From Octopus vulgaris (lineage: Eukaryota): 64,000 nt of DNA. Made by a program: the position numbers and the translations under genes. Positions 33,607 to 46,250 of the stretch are shown in pieces; positions within the stretch are counted from its first letter, which is position 1; every line of letters begins with the position of its first letter. The stretch covers positions 24,614,001 through 24,678,000 of the forward strand of contig OX597840.1 in the NCBI GenBank assembly GCA_951406725.2, written 5' to 3'. A model generated the notes under the pieces. The model saw only the letters and a program-made list of their open reading frames with translations. It was not told where the DNA came from and did not search any database.

Positions 33607-34450
33607 CATACATACATACATACATACGTACTTACATACAGACATACATGCATGCATACATACATATATACATACAAACATACATACATACACAAATACA
33701 TGCATACATACATACATACATACTTATATACATACATACATAAATACATACATACATACATACATTCATATATACTTACATACATACATACATTCATATA
33801 TACTTACGTACATAAATACATACATACAAACATACATACATAAATACATACATACATACATACATACAAACATACATACATAAATACATACATACATACA
33901 TACATAAATACATACATACATACATACATACATACATACATGCATACATACATTCATATATACTTACGTACATACATACATACATACATACATACATAAA
34001 TACATGCATACATACATACAGGCATACATGCATACATACATTCATATATACTTACGTACATACATACATACATACATACATACGTACATATATACATACA
34101 TACATACATTCATACATACAAACATACATACATAAATACATACATACTTACATACATACATACATACATACATAAATACATACATACATACATACATACA
34201 TACATGCATACATGCATACATACATTCATATATACTTACGTACATACATACATACATACATACGTACATATATACATACATACATACATGCATACATACA
34301 TACATGCATACATACATACATACATACATGCATGCATACATACATACATACATACATACATACATGCATACATACATTCATATATACTTACGTACATACA
34401 TACATACATACATATATACACATAAATACATACATAAACACACACACACG
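33607..34450. repeat. (TACA)n compound microsatellite
   Basis: Directly visible; source of the HTYI/MYVC ORFs. Confidence 0.97.
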
Positions 34451-34974
34451 TACATGCACGACGGGTTTCTTTCAGTTTCCATTCACGAGGCTTTGGTCGG
34501 ACAGAAGCTAAACTAGAAAACGCTTCTCCACAAAGCAGGGCAAGCGGGATTGAACCTATGATCACATAGTTTGGGAAAACAAGCTTCTGAACCACAGAGC
34601 CAAAAAACTTCAAAAGCAAATAATAAAAAGTGTTAAACTTACCGAAATTAAAGCCGAGAATGTCTGAGAGACAGAATGAACGACCGAAAAAAAGCACCTT
34701 CAGTTGCTTTTTCTAATTTTTTTTTCAACATAATTATAATCTAAACCCACCACAAAGTAATTAGCAAAATTCTACATAAATACAAATAATTCTTATGGCC
34801 TCTAAAAAAGGATTTTCTTTAAAAACGTCGAAATTTCAGAATTTTACTTTCTTCTGCTTTCCATTACAATTACGGAATAACTAACAATAGAAATACATTT
34901 TGTAGCCGTGTTTTCGTATTTACAATTAGACTAAGTCTTTCCAATTAATTGACATATTCGGTAATTTGAAGTCG

Positions 34975-35472
34975 TTCAAATTCCGCCGAGGTCGACTTTG
35001 CCTTTCATCCTTTCGGGGTCGATAAATAAAGTACCAGTTTCGCACTGGGGGCGATATATATTTCTTTACTACCCACAAAGGGGCTAAACACAGAGGGGAC
35101 AAACAAGGACAGACAAAGGGATTAAGTCGATTACATCGACACCAGTGCGTAAATGGTACTTAATTTATCGACCCCGAAAGGATGAAAGGCAAAGTCGACC
35201 TGGGCGGAATTTGAACTCAGAACGTAACGACAGACAAAATACCTATTTCTATTTCTTTACTACCCACAAGGGGCTAAACATAGAGGGGACAAACAAGGAC
35301 AGACATAGTTATTAAGTCGATTACATCGACACCAGTGCGTAACTGGTACTTTATTTATCGACCCCGAAAGGATGAAAGGCAAAGTCGACCTCGGCTTAAT
35401 TTGAACTCGGAACGTAACGGCAGACGAAATACGGCTACGCATTTCACCCGGCCTGCTAACGGTTCTGCCAGG
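34975..35472. mobile_element. Family B SINE fragment (+) abutting a family B dimer (-)
   Basis: The core motif occurs in both orientations. Confidence 0.8.
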
Positions 35473-35649
35473 TGAACTGAAAGTCCGTTGAAGGCTCCAA
35501 CGGTCTATTTTGTATCGTTTATTAATGTAATAAAAGAAAATAAGGAGGCCGTGTGGAATCTCCGGCAGAATGTCCTAGACATTGTGCTGGTGATGTGCAA
35601 TTTCGATACTCAACCAGTAAGTGCCAGAGGCGTATGTTAATCACTTGTA

Positions 35650-36157
35650 TCTTTTACTCTTTTACTGATTTCAGTCATTTGACTGTGGCCATGCTGGAGC
35701 ACCGCCTTTTAGTCGAAGAAATAGACCCCCAGGACTTATTCTTTGTAAGCCTAGTATTTATTCTATCGGTTTTCTCTTGCCGAACCGCTAAGTTACGTTG
35801 ACGTAAACACACCAGCATCTGTTGTCAAGCGATGTTTTTTTTGGGGGGAGAGAGACAAACACAGACACACAAATATATATGTATATATATGTATATATAT
35901 GTATATATGTATATATATATATATATATGTATATATATGTATATATGTATATATGTTGATTCGTTAGCTACTGCACGCATTTTTTTCTCTCCTTCTTTCC
36001 GTGTTTTTTTTCTCTCTGTGTATCTTTCTGTTGAAGAGCGTAGGCTCGAAACGTTAAAGACTTGTTTTATTTATATTTCCTGAGCGCCATACTAATACAA
36101 TTGTTCGTTTGTTTTCCACCTGCCTTCGTCTTTTGTCTATTTTCATAAAGCTTCCCG

Positions 36158-36205
<48 letters not shown>

Positions 36206-36339
36206 GGCGGGCTTCTTTTGAGTTTCCGTCTACCAAATCCACTCACAAGGCTTTGGTCGGCCCGAGGCTATAGTAGAAGACACTTGGCCAAGGTGCCATG
36301 TGGTTGGTAAGCAAGCTACTTACCACACAGCCACTCCTG
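35650..36339 (-). mobile_element. Family A SINE with a ~200-bp foreign insert (35957-36159) in its TA microsatellite
   Basis: SINE tail and head flank (TA)n - insert - (TA)n. Confidence 0.8.
36023..36060 (+). ncRNA. Minimal type I hammerhead-ribozyme-like motif (Penelope pLTR type) with variant core CUGUUGA
   Basis: tcttt-CTGTTGA-a-gagc(gtag)gctc-GAAAcgtT-aaaga: stem I tcttt/aaaga, stem II gagc/gctc, and palindromic acgt as stem III. The canonical core is CUGANGA. Confidence 0.55.
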
Positions 36340-36599
36340 TATGTTTAGTGATGTACAGAAGACGTTGGTTGTTCATAGTCGTGGTATGCAAGCTATGTTG
36401 TCTGTTTACACAGTGCGGTCGACAGACTTGGCCGCTTGTTTGCATGTACTCATGATGCTTGTACATAGTTGTCTTATACAATATCAGCTGCTAATATAAA
36501 CCCCTCTCAGCCTACTTGCCTCACATCTGTTTGTCGCATTACATGTTCTAATTTTTTTACTCATCTCCCTCTTCTATGCTACATCTGTACCTCATTCTT

Positions 36600-37019
36600 T
36601 ACTCTCTTACTCTTTTACTTGTTTCAGTCATCTGACTGCGGCCATGCTGGAGCACCGCCTTTAGTCGAACAAATCGACCCCGAGACTTATTCTTTGGTAA
36701 GCCCAGTACTTATTCTATCGGTCTCTTTTTTTGCCGAACTGCTAAGTGACGGGGACGTAAACACACCAGCATCGGTTGTCAAGCAATGCTAGGGGGACAA
36801 ACACAGACACACAAACATATACACACACATACATATATATATATATACATGTATATGACAGGCTTCTTTCAGTTTCCGTCTACCAAATCCACTCACAAGG
36901 CATTGGTCGGCCCGAGGCTATAGCAGAAGACATTTGCCCAAGATGCCACGCAGTGGGACTGAACCCGGAACCATGTGGTTGGTTAGCAAGCTACTTACCA
37001 CACAGACACTCCCGCGCCT
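36600..37019 (-). mobile_element. Family A SINE
   Basis: Full-length reverse-complement match. Confidence 0.85.
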
Positions 37020-37587
37020 ATTGTTCACATTGCTACATGTTACATCCAGCAGGAGCACACTTTATATATTTTTTTTCAAGCTTTAACACCCTCACTGCAT
37101 CCTGTCCCCATCTCTCTCACTACCATGCAGCATTGCAGTTTGTACACAAGCATTGTACACTCTACCTTTTGTTTGACAAGGCAAAAAAGAACGAACCTGG
37201 TCTAGCTTTCCTCACTTCCTCTCTCAACCTTCTTGTTCCGGTCAAGCCCCTTTGACCATTGACATCAAAGCCCTTTCCCTATGGCTCATCTCATCCCCAC
37301 AAAAACAGATTATGATGTTGTCTGCTTGTATGAAGTTGTGATGCACATGCTATTGAGGGTGGGGAAAAGGGTATGTGTCAGTGATGTTACCTTGAAGCAT
37401 TCTCCTTGTTTCAAATGGCTTCATACCACCATAAAAGACAATGCCCCTAAGATACATCATTCCAAATAGTGTTGGCCACATAACTTCATCTTCTTTTTTC
37501 TTCAGCCTTGCTACATAAAATCTCATTCCCGATGTCTTCAGCAGTGACACTTGACAGTCAAAAACGGGTTTGGATATCAGTATCCAA

Positions 37588-37820
37588 AGGCGGCGAGCTG
37601 GCAGAAACGTTAGCATGCCGGGCAAAATGCGTAGCCGTATTTCGTCTGCCATAACGTTCTGAGTTCAAATTCCGCCGAGGTCGACTTTGCCTTTCATCCT
37701 TTCGGGGTCGATAAATTAAGTACCAGTAACACACTGGAGTTGATATAATCGTCTTAATCCATTTGTCTGTCCTTGTTTGTCCTCTCTGTGTTTAGCTCCT
37801 TGTGGCTAGTAAAGAAATAG
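37588..37820 (+). mobile_element. Family B SINE monomer
   Basis: Head ggcggcgagctggcagaaacg to tail aaagaaata, flanked by the repeat (g/a)tatccaaa. Confidence 0.85.
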
Positions 37821-38494
37821 ATATCCAAACCCTTCCTGGCCATGATCTTCAGTTGTCTTCTCTGTTACCCGTTTTATCAAAAGGGCCTATCTGAAATTCT
37901 TCAAAATCCAAAACAACTGTAACATTGTTTACTTCTAGCCCATCCCACTCCCTCGGCCCTTTTTCTCTCTTCTCACAGCTTCTGGTTTTCCTTCTTTTTT
38001 CCCCCCTCTGATTTCCACACATGATCCCCCCACACATCCTTTTCCTGCAATAATTCTCTTAGGATTCCTCTCCAATCTAGTCTATACCTCCCTTCTTCAT
38101 ATCTTCCATCCAAATTAACCCTTTATAATGTGGGATAGTCCTACATCTCACAGCACAACTAACCATATCACCTGTTCAACGGTACCCCTCCCATTTTTTA
38201 TGACCTCCCACTAATCACCCGCCCTCTTTCCCCTTCCTTGCCATATGACCCCTTTTCTCTTCTTACTTACCTCCCTCATCCCTTCACCTATGATCATCCT
38301 CCATTCACTCCTCTCTTCTCCATCAGTTATAGGGGCCACTTTAAGATGCTGGCACCCCTAATAAAGTACCCAGAGTGCTTGAAAAATGGTTGTCATTAGG
38401 AATTGCATCAGGTTAAAGAGAATATACCAAAGCAGACACTGATGCACGATGCAGTCCTATAACTCATCAGACTTGGTCAAATCACCTAACCATC

Positions 38495-38788
38495 CGAACA
38501 TAGCCGATGCCAGCGCCGCCTTCACTGGCTTCGGTGCCAGTGGCACGTAAAAAGCACCAACCGATCGTGGCCGCTGCCAGCCTCACCTGGCACCTGTGCA
38601 GGTGGCGCATAAAAAGCACCCACTACACTCACGGAGTGGTTGGTGTTAGGAAGGGCATCCAGCTGTAGAAACACTGCCAGATCAGACCGGAGAGCCTGGT
38701 GCAGTCTCCTGGCTTCCCAGACCCCGGTCGATCCATCCAACCCGTGCTAGCATGGAAAGCGGACATTAAACGACGATGATGATGATGT
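38495..38788 (+). mobile_element. Family E GAT-tailed retroposon
   Basis: Same core and tail as 10530-10915. Confidence 0.75.
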
Positions 38789-39500
38789 AATTCTGCAACA
38801 ATGTTTTCTAGACATTTGCCAAGATCATAGACTTCAACAACTTCCTAACAAGACTTAAAAAGTTCAAGACTTTACCCCAGGGAACGAAACCACAATCTTA
38901 CAGTCGTGAGTCCAACACCCTAACCACTGAGCCACGCAACCCCATAAATGACTGAATTACAAAATGCAATCACGTTACAGTTTTATTGACATTTCAATAA
39001 CCCACAATCATAGGAGATAACAGAGGTGTTCCAGATATGACCATCCTGTCAATATATTGTTTAATAATAGATAAATATTTATCATATTGCAAACCACAGG
39101 CAGTCAATGTATTTGTTTATTTATTAATTTGTTTCAATGAACTGCGGCCATGCTGGAGCAATTCTGCGATCCAGAGGGGAGCAAACTGATTCCAATGTTT
39201 GTTTTAAGTCTGGTGCTTATTCTAACAGTCCCTTTTTGTTGAACTGCTATGTCATAGGGTGTGAACAGATAAATAGTTTGTCAAGTGGTGAAAGACAAAC
39301 AGATGAACAGAAACGCAAAGATACATTCACATATTTACATATAGGGCTTCACACAGTTTCCAGGTACCATGTTTACTCATGAATGTCTCATACAAAAAAA
39401 ATTTTTTTTAAATTGTGGTTTTCCAAAACTGCTCAACCCTTTAGCATTTAAACCAGTTATATCTGGCCAAAATATTCAACCTGTTTTATGTTGAGGTATT

Positions 39501-40856
39501 CTACAACTTCACATTTGCAAAGGTTTCACAATTTAAAGCCTTCTCTCCTGTGTGGGTTTGTTTGTGTTTATTCAAGTAACTTTTATAGGTAAATGTTTTC
39601 TCACAGATATCACAATGATAGGGCCTTTCTCCAGTGTGACTACGAATATGAACAATAAGATCGGAATTATCAAAGAAAGATTTCCCGCAAATTTCACAGT
39701 GAAATGTTTTTTCTCCATCATGTTTCCGCCTATGTCTTCTTAAATCACTGTTATTCACGTAAGTTTTTCCACAGATTTCACAGCAGAATGGTTTTTTCCC
39801 CGTATGTAGTAACTTGTGTCTTGTTAAATTACTGCTGGAGTAAAAATATTTTCCACAAATATCACAATGGGACGGTTTTTCCCCAGTGTGTACCCTTTTG
39901 TGACTAACAAGGTGTGATTTATTAAAAAAGGATTTTCCACAGATTTCACAATGGAACGGTTTTTCACCTGTATGTACCTTTTTATGACTAACGAGATATA
40001 AATTTAACGAGAATGATTTCCCACAGATGTTACAATGATAAGGTTTCCCTTCGGTGTGAATTCTTTTGTGAACTCTAAGACGAGAATTGGTAGTGAATGA
40101 TTTTCCACAGGTGTCACAATGATGAGGTTTTTCTCCAGTGTGAACCTGTACATGAGTAACAAGTATTGAGTTCTTCATAAAAGACTTCCCACAAACTTCG
40201 CAGCGGAATGGTTTCCCACGATTGTGAATTCGTCTGTGACTCGTTAGATTACTTTTATCAACAAAAGATTTTCCACATATATCACAACAGAAAGGTTTTT
40301 CTCCAGGGTATAAGCATTTGTGCCTTGTTAAATAGCTATTTTCCACAAATGATTTTCCACACGTTTCACAGTGGAAGGGTTTTTCTCCTGTGTGGCTTCG
40401 TACATGAACAACAAGCCGAGAATTATGCGGAAAAGATTTTCCACATATTTGACAGTCAAAAGAATTTTCTCCGGTATGTGTCCGTTTGTGACTTCTTAAA
40501 TAGCAATTATCAACAAAAGATTTTCCACATATATCACAGTGATAAGGTTTTTCTCCAGTGTGACTACGCTTGTGGAGAATCAGGTGGTATTTCTGATTCA
40601 ATGACTTTCCACAAATATCACACTGAAATGGTTTTTCCCCAGTATGTAATCTTTTATGTTTTTTTAAATTACTGGAATTCACAAAAGTCTTTTCACATAT
40701 TTCACAATTAATATTTCTCTTTGACGACATTCCTTCACAGGACGAAGTTTTTTTACCATAAGAGAATAATTTCTTACCACCAGACGTCTGTTTAACTGAA
40801 TCTTTAATGTCAGAAACGTTTGTGTTAGAAGTGTCCGAGTGATTACCATCCTCCAT
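39501..40856 (-). CDS. C2H2 zinc-finger protein ZNF-4 (451 aa, 14 repeats; MEDGNHSDTS subfamily)
   Basis: Finger 5 lacks the last His (HKCLY). Predicted acceptor at 41229/41228. Confidence 0.95.
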   Translation of the reverse strand: MEDGNHSDTSNTNVSDIKDSVKQTSGGKKLFSYGKKTSSCEGMSSKRNINCEICEKTFVNSSNLKKHKRLHTGEKPFQCDICGKSLNQKYHLILHKRSHTGEKPYHCDICGKSFVDNCYLRSHKRTHTGENSFDCQICGKSFPHNSRLVVHVRSHTGEKPFHCETCGKSFVENSYLTRHKCLYPGEKPFCCDICGKSFVDKSNLTSHRRIHNRGKPFRCEVCGKSFMKNSILVTHVQVHTGEKPHHCDTCGKSFTTNSRLRVHKRIHTEGKPYHCNICGKSFSLNLYLVSHKKVHTGEKPFHCEICGKSFFNKSHLVSHKRVHTGEKPSHCDICGKYFYSSSNLTRHKLLHTGKKPFCCEICGKTYVNNSDLRRHRRKHDGEKTFHCEICGKSFFDNSDLIVHIRSHTGERPYHCDICEKTFTYKSYLNKHKQTHTGEKALNCETFANVKL

Positions 40857-41300
40857 ATTAATTCTGAAGAATTTCTTGAAAACTTATGTCTGTGGTTATA
40901 ATCTCTATTATGGCTCAGCTTATTGTCCTATGATACCAACATCATGAGATTCTCTTTACGTATAAGGAAAATATGCTATGTAGATTTTTTTCTGCAGAAC
41001 ACTTAGGATGTTTAATGCAAGTTGTGATATCTCTAAGTGTCACACATTGTGGAAACAAAATGACCTCTATATCTATGTTGAATAATAATTCTGGATATAG
41101 TTAATGCAAGTTATGTAGACTTCAAAGGGAGAGAGAGGAGGGCATCCGTAAATGATTTATAGCATTTGTTCTGGTGGAATCGGTGTCTTTCTTTGTATGG
41201 TGGGTTGTAATGGAACAGTCAGCACAACTGAAACGAAAGAAAATATATAATGTAACAAGATTGATTTTGGAGAGATGAAACTCGTGTCTGTGTGCATGTA

Positions 41301-41627
41301 AGGAGCACTCCGTCGGTTACGATGATGAGGGTCCCAGCTGATACGATCAATGGAACAGCTTGCTCGTGGAATTAACGTGTAAGTGACTGAGCAATCCACT
41401 GACACGCGCACCCCCAACGCAGTTCTCAGGGAGATTCAGCGTGACACAGAGTGTGACAAGGCCGGCCTTTTGAAATACAGGTACAACTCCTTTTTTGCCA
41501 GCTGAGTGGACTGGAGCAACGTAAAATAAAGTGTCTTGCTCAAGGACACAACGCATCGCCAGGAATCGAACTCACGACCTTACAATCGTCAGCAGAATGC
41601 CCTAACCACTAAGCCATGCGCCTTCAC
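41301..41627 (-). mobile_element. tRNA/CORE-like SINE in the ZNF-4 intron
   Basis: Head gaaggcgcatggcttagtggttaggg with TSD catgta; absent in the duplicate at ~45830. Confidence 0.85.
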
Positions 41628-41734
41628 ATGTACATACACATAAACACACACAAGATTAACCACATAGTATAAAAGATTACGATGTGTGTTGTGCTATCAA
41701 TACAAATAATTATTTCCAAGTTTTGCCATAAGGG

Positions 41735-42290
41735 CAGTTTGTGCAGGTGGGGGATGAGTCGATTACTTCGACCCCAGTGTTCAACTGGTACTTATTTTAT
41801 CGATCCCGAACGATAAAAGGCAAAGTCGACCTCGGCGGAATTTGAACTCAGAACGTAGCTGCAGACGAAATACCTATTTCTTTACTACTCATAAGGGGCT
41901 AAACACAGAGGGGACAAACAAGGACAGACAAACGGATTAAGTCGATTATATCGACCCCAGTGCGTAACTGGTACTTAATTTATCGACCCCGAAAGGATGA
42001 AAGGCAAAGTCGACCTCGGCGGAATTTGAACTCAGAACGTAACTGCAGACGAAATACCTATTTCTTTACTACTCATAAGGGTCTAAACACAGAGGGGACA
42101 AACAAGGACAGACAAACGGATTAAGTCGATTATATCGACCCCAGTGCGTAACTGGTACTTAATTTATCGACCCCGAAAGGATGAAAGGCAAAGTCGACCT
42201 CGGCGGAATTTGAACTTCAGAACATAGCGGCAGACGAAATACCGCTAAGCATTTCGTCCAGCGTACTAACGATTCTGCTAGACCGCTGTC
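41735..42290 (-). repeat. Family B SINE trimer
   Basis: gaaatacctatttc junctions at ~41870 and ~42055. Confidence 0.85.
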
Positions 42291-42516
42291 TTCATACCAA
42301 TACAAATAATACATACTTTCTCATTTAAAATTTAGCTAAAAAGTCAAGAAAGCTAGAACAACTAATTAACAGTGAAACGTAATTTGTGATGAAAATTAAA
42401 ATATTTAACCATCCAGGAGTTGGAACACCAACCCTCATATGTCATAATCGGTCGCTTTAGGCTGTCCATAAGCGTAATCGTTCACCCTGACAGGAGTTAA
42501 TTTCCATTCATAATAT

Positions 42517-42620
42517 AATTACCTAAAATATACAAAGTTGGTCGAGTCATTCATAATTTTTCATTCATCTTAATTACGACCGGTGACGTGAGTTAAATGT
42601 CCCGAACGAAATTTAATACA
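42517..42620 (-). promoter_or_regulatory. Conserved non-coding block/donor (candidate upstream exon of ZNF-4)
   Basis: gggacatttaactcacgtcaccggt...ttttag|gtaatt; homologous to the 22579 and 54855 blocks. Confidence 0.6.
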
Positions 42621-42710
42621 GTCAGTAACACCTTTGAATTATATCAATTTACCCTCTATGGCATATAAATCAAAATTTACACCATCCACCAAAATACTTT
42701 TTAAAAAAAA

Positions 42711-43102
42711 CTAGCAGTATCGCCCTGCGTTGCTCGGGTTTGTAAGGGAAATAACTATATAAGCATTTTTAGAGATGTAAAGTATAATAGCCATCTCAAT
42801 ATGGTTAACCACAAAGGGGTGGTGGTGTTACTGTAGCTTTTTACGTTCTGAGATTTAATAAATTTTTAGAGAGTAACTTCCCTTATATATGCCAAAAATG
42901 CATTAAAAATGGGAAAAATTGATGGTAAATTATTTTAAAAATCGTAGACTCATCGTAGACTTGCGCTAATACCCAGAAGGGCTCGATATGAATCATGACT
43001 ATAAGATACCCGGTTTTGGTTAAACTGCATCGCAAAATGTGGGAGTAGTTAGGAATCTAAATCGTAGGAGACAGACACCACACAACCTCACTTTTATATA
43101 TA
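42711..43102 (-). mobile_element. Non-autonomous Helitron-like element
   Basis: The minus strand begins tatatataaaagtgagg and ends in a GC-rich hairpin-like cccgagcaacgcaggg followed by ...CTAG|T; no TSD. Confidence 0.7.
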
Positions 43103-43547
43103 TGCGGGTAAATGAGGGGGAAAGCTGTGTAATTAAAATTGGAATTTGTAAGAATGGCGAGTATTATAAAGTTAACTTGGCGCGTGTGAACAAATGCTTG
43201 CCTTATAAACGTTTCTGTTAGTTCGTTTGTATTTCGACTTGACAGACTCTTCCCATGAACAGCCTTTAACCATCGTTGGACTATGAAATTAACGATTTAC
43301 CCATTTCTTTATTACCCACAAGGGGCGAAATACAGAGGGGGGGGGGCGGCAATACAGCCTGATTGGGGTCAGACACATAATGATTATACGACTTTTTAAA
43401 TTTTACAAAATATAATGAAATCGAATGAGATACAACAAGGACGAAATACAAACATGAAATGAAGCAGAGAGATGTGATTTTTTATTACCCACAAGGGGCG
43501 AATATAGAGGGGACAATACAATCTGATTTGGGGGTCAGACACACTAT

Positions 43548-43950
43548 ACTCTTTACCCTTTTACTTGTTTCAGTCATTTGACTGCGGCCATGCTGGAGCA
43601 CCGCCTTTAGTCGAGCAAGGACTTATTCTTTGTAAGCCTAGTACTTATTCTATCGGCCTCTTTTGCCGAACCGCTAAGTAACGGGGACGTAAACACACAA
43701 TGCATACATACACACACATATATATATACATGTATATATATATATCTTTCAGTTTCCGTATATATATATATATATACATGTATACGACAGGCTTCTTTCA
43801 GTTTCCGTCTACCAAATCCACTCACAAGGCATTGGTCGGCCCGGGGCTGAAGCAGAAGACATTTGCCCAAGATGCCACGCAGTGGGACTGAACCCGGAAC
43901 CATGTGGTTGTGGTAAGCAAGCTACTTACCACACAGCCACTCCTGCGCCT
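43548..43950 (-). mobile_element. Family A SINE between ~160-bp direct repeats
   Basis: The flanks 43382-43541 and 43951-44109 are near-identical. Confidence 0.8.
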
Positions 43951-45207
43951 GATTATATGACTTTTAAAATTTTACAAGATATAATGAAATCGAATGAGAT
44001 ACAACAAGGACGAAATACAAACATGAAATGAAGCAGAGAGATGTGATTTTTTATTACCCACAAGGGGCGAACATAGAGGGGACAATGCAATCTGATTTGG
44101 GGGTCAGACTTACGAATGATAAATACACAAAATGAAATTTTAAAATTAACACAAAATGACAATATAATTAAAAGCAAAAATTCGAATGAGAGAACAGACC
44201 AGAAGACATTACGGATGGAGTGGGCGGGGCGGGTTACGCTCCGACCCCGCGAGCCCTATTCTAGGGCTGGGACCTTTGTATACAGACTTATGACAGGTTC
44301 GCGAGGAATCTTTCATTTCCAGCATCCTCGCAACATGCAACCATCCTCTCTTTATTTGCTTTCCGTATTTAATTCTAAAATAAATTCACTTTGGCCCGTA
44401 CTTTGAATACGAAAGTAAGGCTACAAAACTATAGCTGTTGTTAATACTACTTTAATTGCAATGGGAGAAAGAGAGAAGGAAAAATCCAAAATTTCGGTAT
44501 TTTTAGGGAAAATATTCTGTTAGGGGCGATAAAAATCACTTTGTGTTTTATGTGGAATCGAATACTCTCAGGTTAGTCTTCATCGGAAATATATTTCTCT
44601 AATCTATTTATTTCTCATATCCCCTGCTGTAATTTATAACAAAACATGTTTGTCTCTATGTGGCCTAACTACAGATTAGTGCCCCACGAATTTGATTCTA
44701 AATAAATTCGTGAGAAGTGTATATCTGGCATTCTTTCGATTTGTTTTGGTCTCATCGAGTCAAATCGAAAGAATGCCGTATATCTTTATAATGAAATTCT
44801 ACTAAGACACTTTACCGATGAGTTAGATTACAATTGTGTTGTGAGGCATGCATTTGTTGACGGAAAGTCCGTTATATAAGGCTAATAAAATTTAGAGAAA
44901 CATTTTGTAGATGTTTCAGATCGTTCCTTCTGTCGCCCCTCCGACATTGTTGCTATCGATTTTCCTAAGTTTATGTGTTTTTTTAATGTTTGAAGCATCA
45001 ACATTACGTATTGTACACACTTGGAAATATATTTCTGCGTTTTAAAACACTTCCACGGGGAAGAGAGGTTGTTGCCGTAGTAACAAGCCAACGAAAAGAA
45101 TACAATGAGTTTGTGTCTGTTAGAAATGAGACATGATGGGAAGGTGGCACTCTTCCTCTTAGCTTACTTTTAAATGAGAAAGGATGTATTATTTCTATTG
45201 ATATGAG

Positions 45208-45695
45208 GGCAGCGGGCTGGCAGAATCGTTAGCATGCTGGACGAAATGCTTGGCGGTATTTTGCCCACCGCTATGTTCTGAGTTCAAATTCCTCCGAGGT
45301 TGACTTTGCCTTTCATCCTTCGGGGTCGATAAATTAAGTACCAGTTACACACTGGGGTCGATATAATCGACTTAATCCCTTTGTCTGTCCTTGTTTGTCC
45401 CCTCTGTGTTGCCCCTTATGGGTAGTAAAGAAATAGGTATTTTGCCCACTGCTATGTTCTGAGTTCAAATTCCGACAACGTTGACTTTGCCTTTCATCCT
45501 TCTGGGTCGATAAATTAAGTACCAGTTACACACTGGGGTCGATATAATCGACTTAATCCCTTTGTCTGTCCTTGTTTGCCCCTTATGGGTAGTAAAGAAA
45601 TAGGTATTTTGCCCACTGCTATGTTCTGAGTTCAAATTCCGACAACGTTGACTTTGCCTTTCATCCTTCTGGGTCGATAAAATAAGTACCAGTTG
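45208..45695 (+). repeat. Family B SINE trimer (counterpart of 41735-42290 in the inverted duplication)
   Basis: aagaaatag|gtattttg junctions at ~45435 and ~45603. Confidence 0.85.
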
Positions 45696-46250
45696 ATGTA
45701 CTCGACTCATCCCCCACCTCCCCAAACTGCCCTTATGGCAAAATTTGGAAATAATTATTTTTATTGATAGCACAACACACATCGTAATCTTTTATACTAT
45801 GTGGTTAATCTTGTGTGTGTTTATGTGTATGTACGTGCACACAGACACGAGTTTCATCTCTCCAAAATCAATCTTGTTACATTATATATTTTCTTTCGTT
45901 TCAGTTGTGCTGACTGTTCCATTACAACCCACCATACAAAGACACCGATTCCACCAGAACAAATCATTTATGGATGCTCTCTGTCTCTCTTTTAAGCCTA
46001 CATAATTTACTTTAACTATATCCAGAATTATTAACATAGATATAGAGGTCTTCTTGTCTACACTATGTGTGCCACTTAGAGATATCTCAGCCAACAAAAA
46101 ACATTGTGTTATGCAGAAAATAAATCTACATAGCATATTTTCCTTACATGTAAACAGAATCTCATGACATGGATATCATAAGACCAGAAATTAAACCATA
46201 AGAGATTATATCCACAGACATCAACTTCCAAGAAATTCTTCAGAATTAAT

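Noticed and set aside
33543-34697. ORFs rich in HTYI/MYVC (also 53523-54292 and 59224-59941)
   Set aside because: These are translations of (TACA)n, (CA)n and (TA)n microsatellites, not proteins.
44685-44777. Two adjacent hairpins (17-bp arms ggcattctttcgatttg/caaatcgaaagaatgcc) as a terminator or hammerhead
   Set aside because: Rho-independent terminators are irrelevant in this context. The minus-strand tcgatgag...cgaaa lacks the CUGA core and a credible stem II, so it is left as an unexplained inverted repeat.
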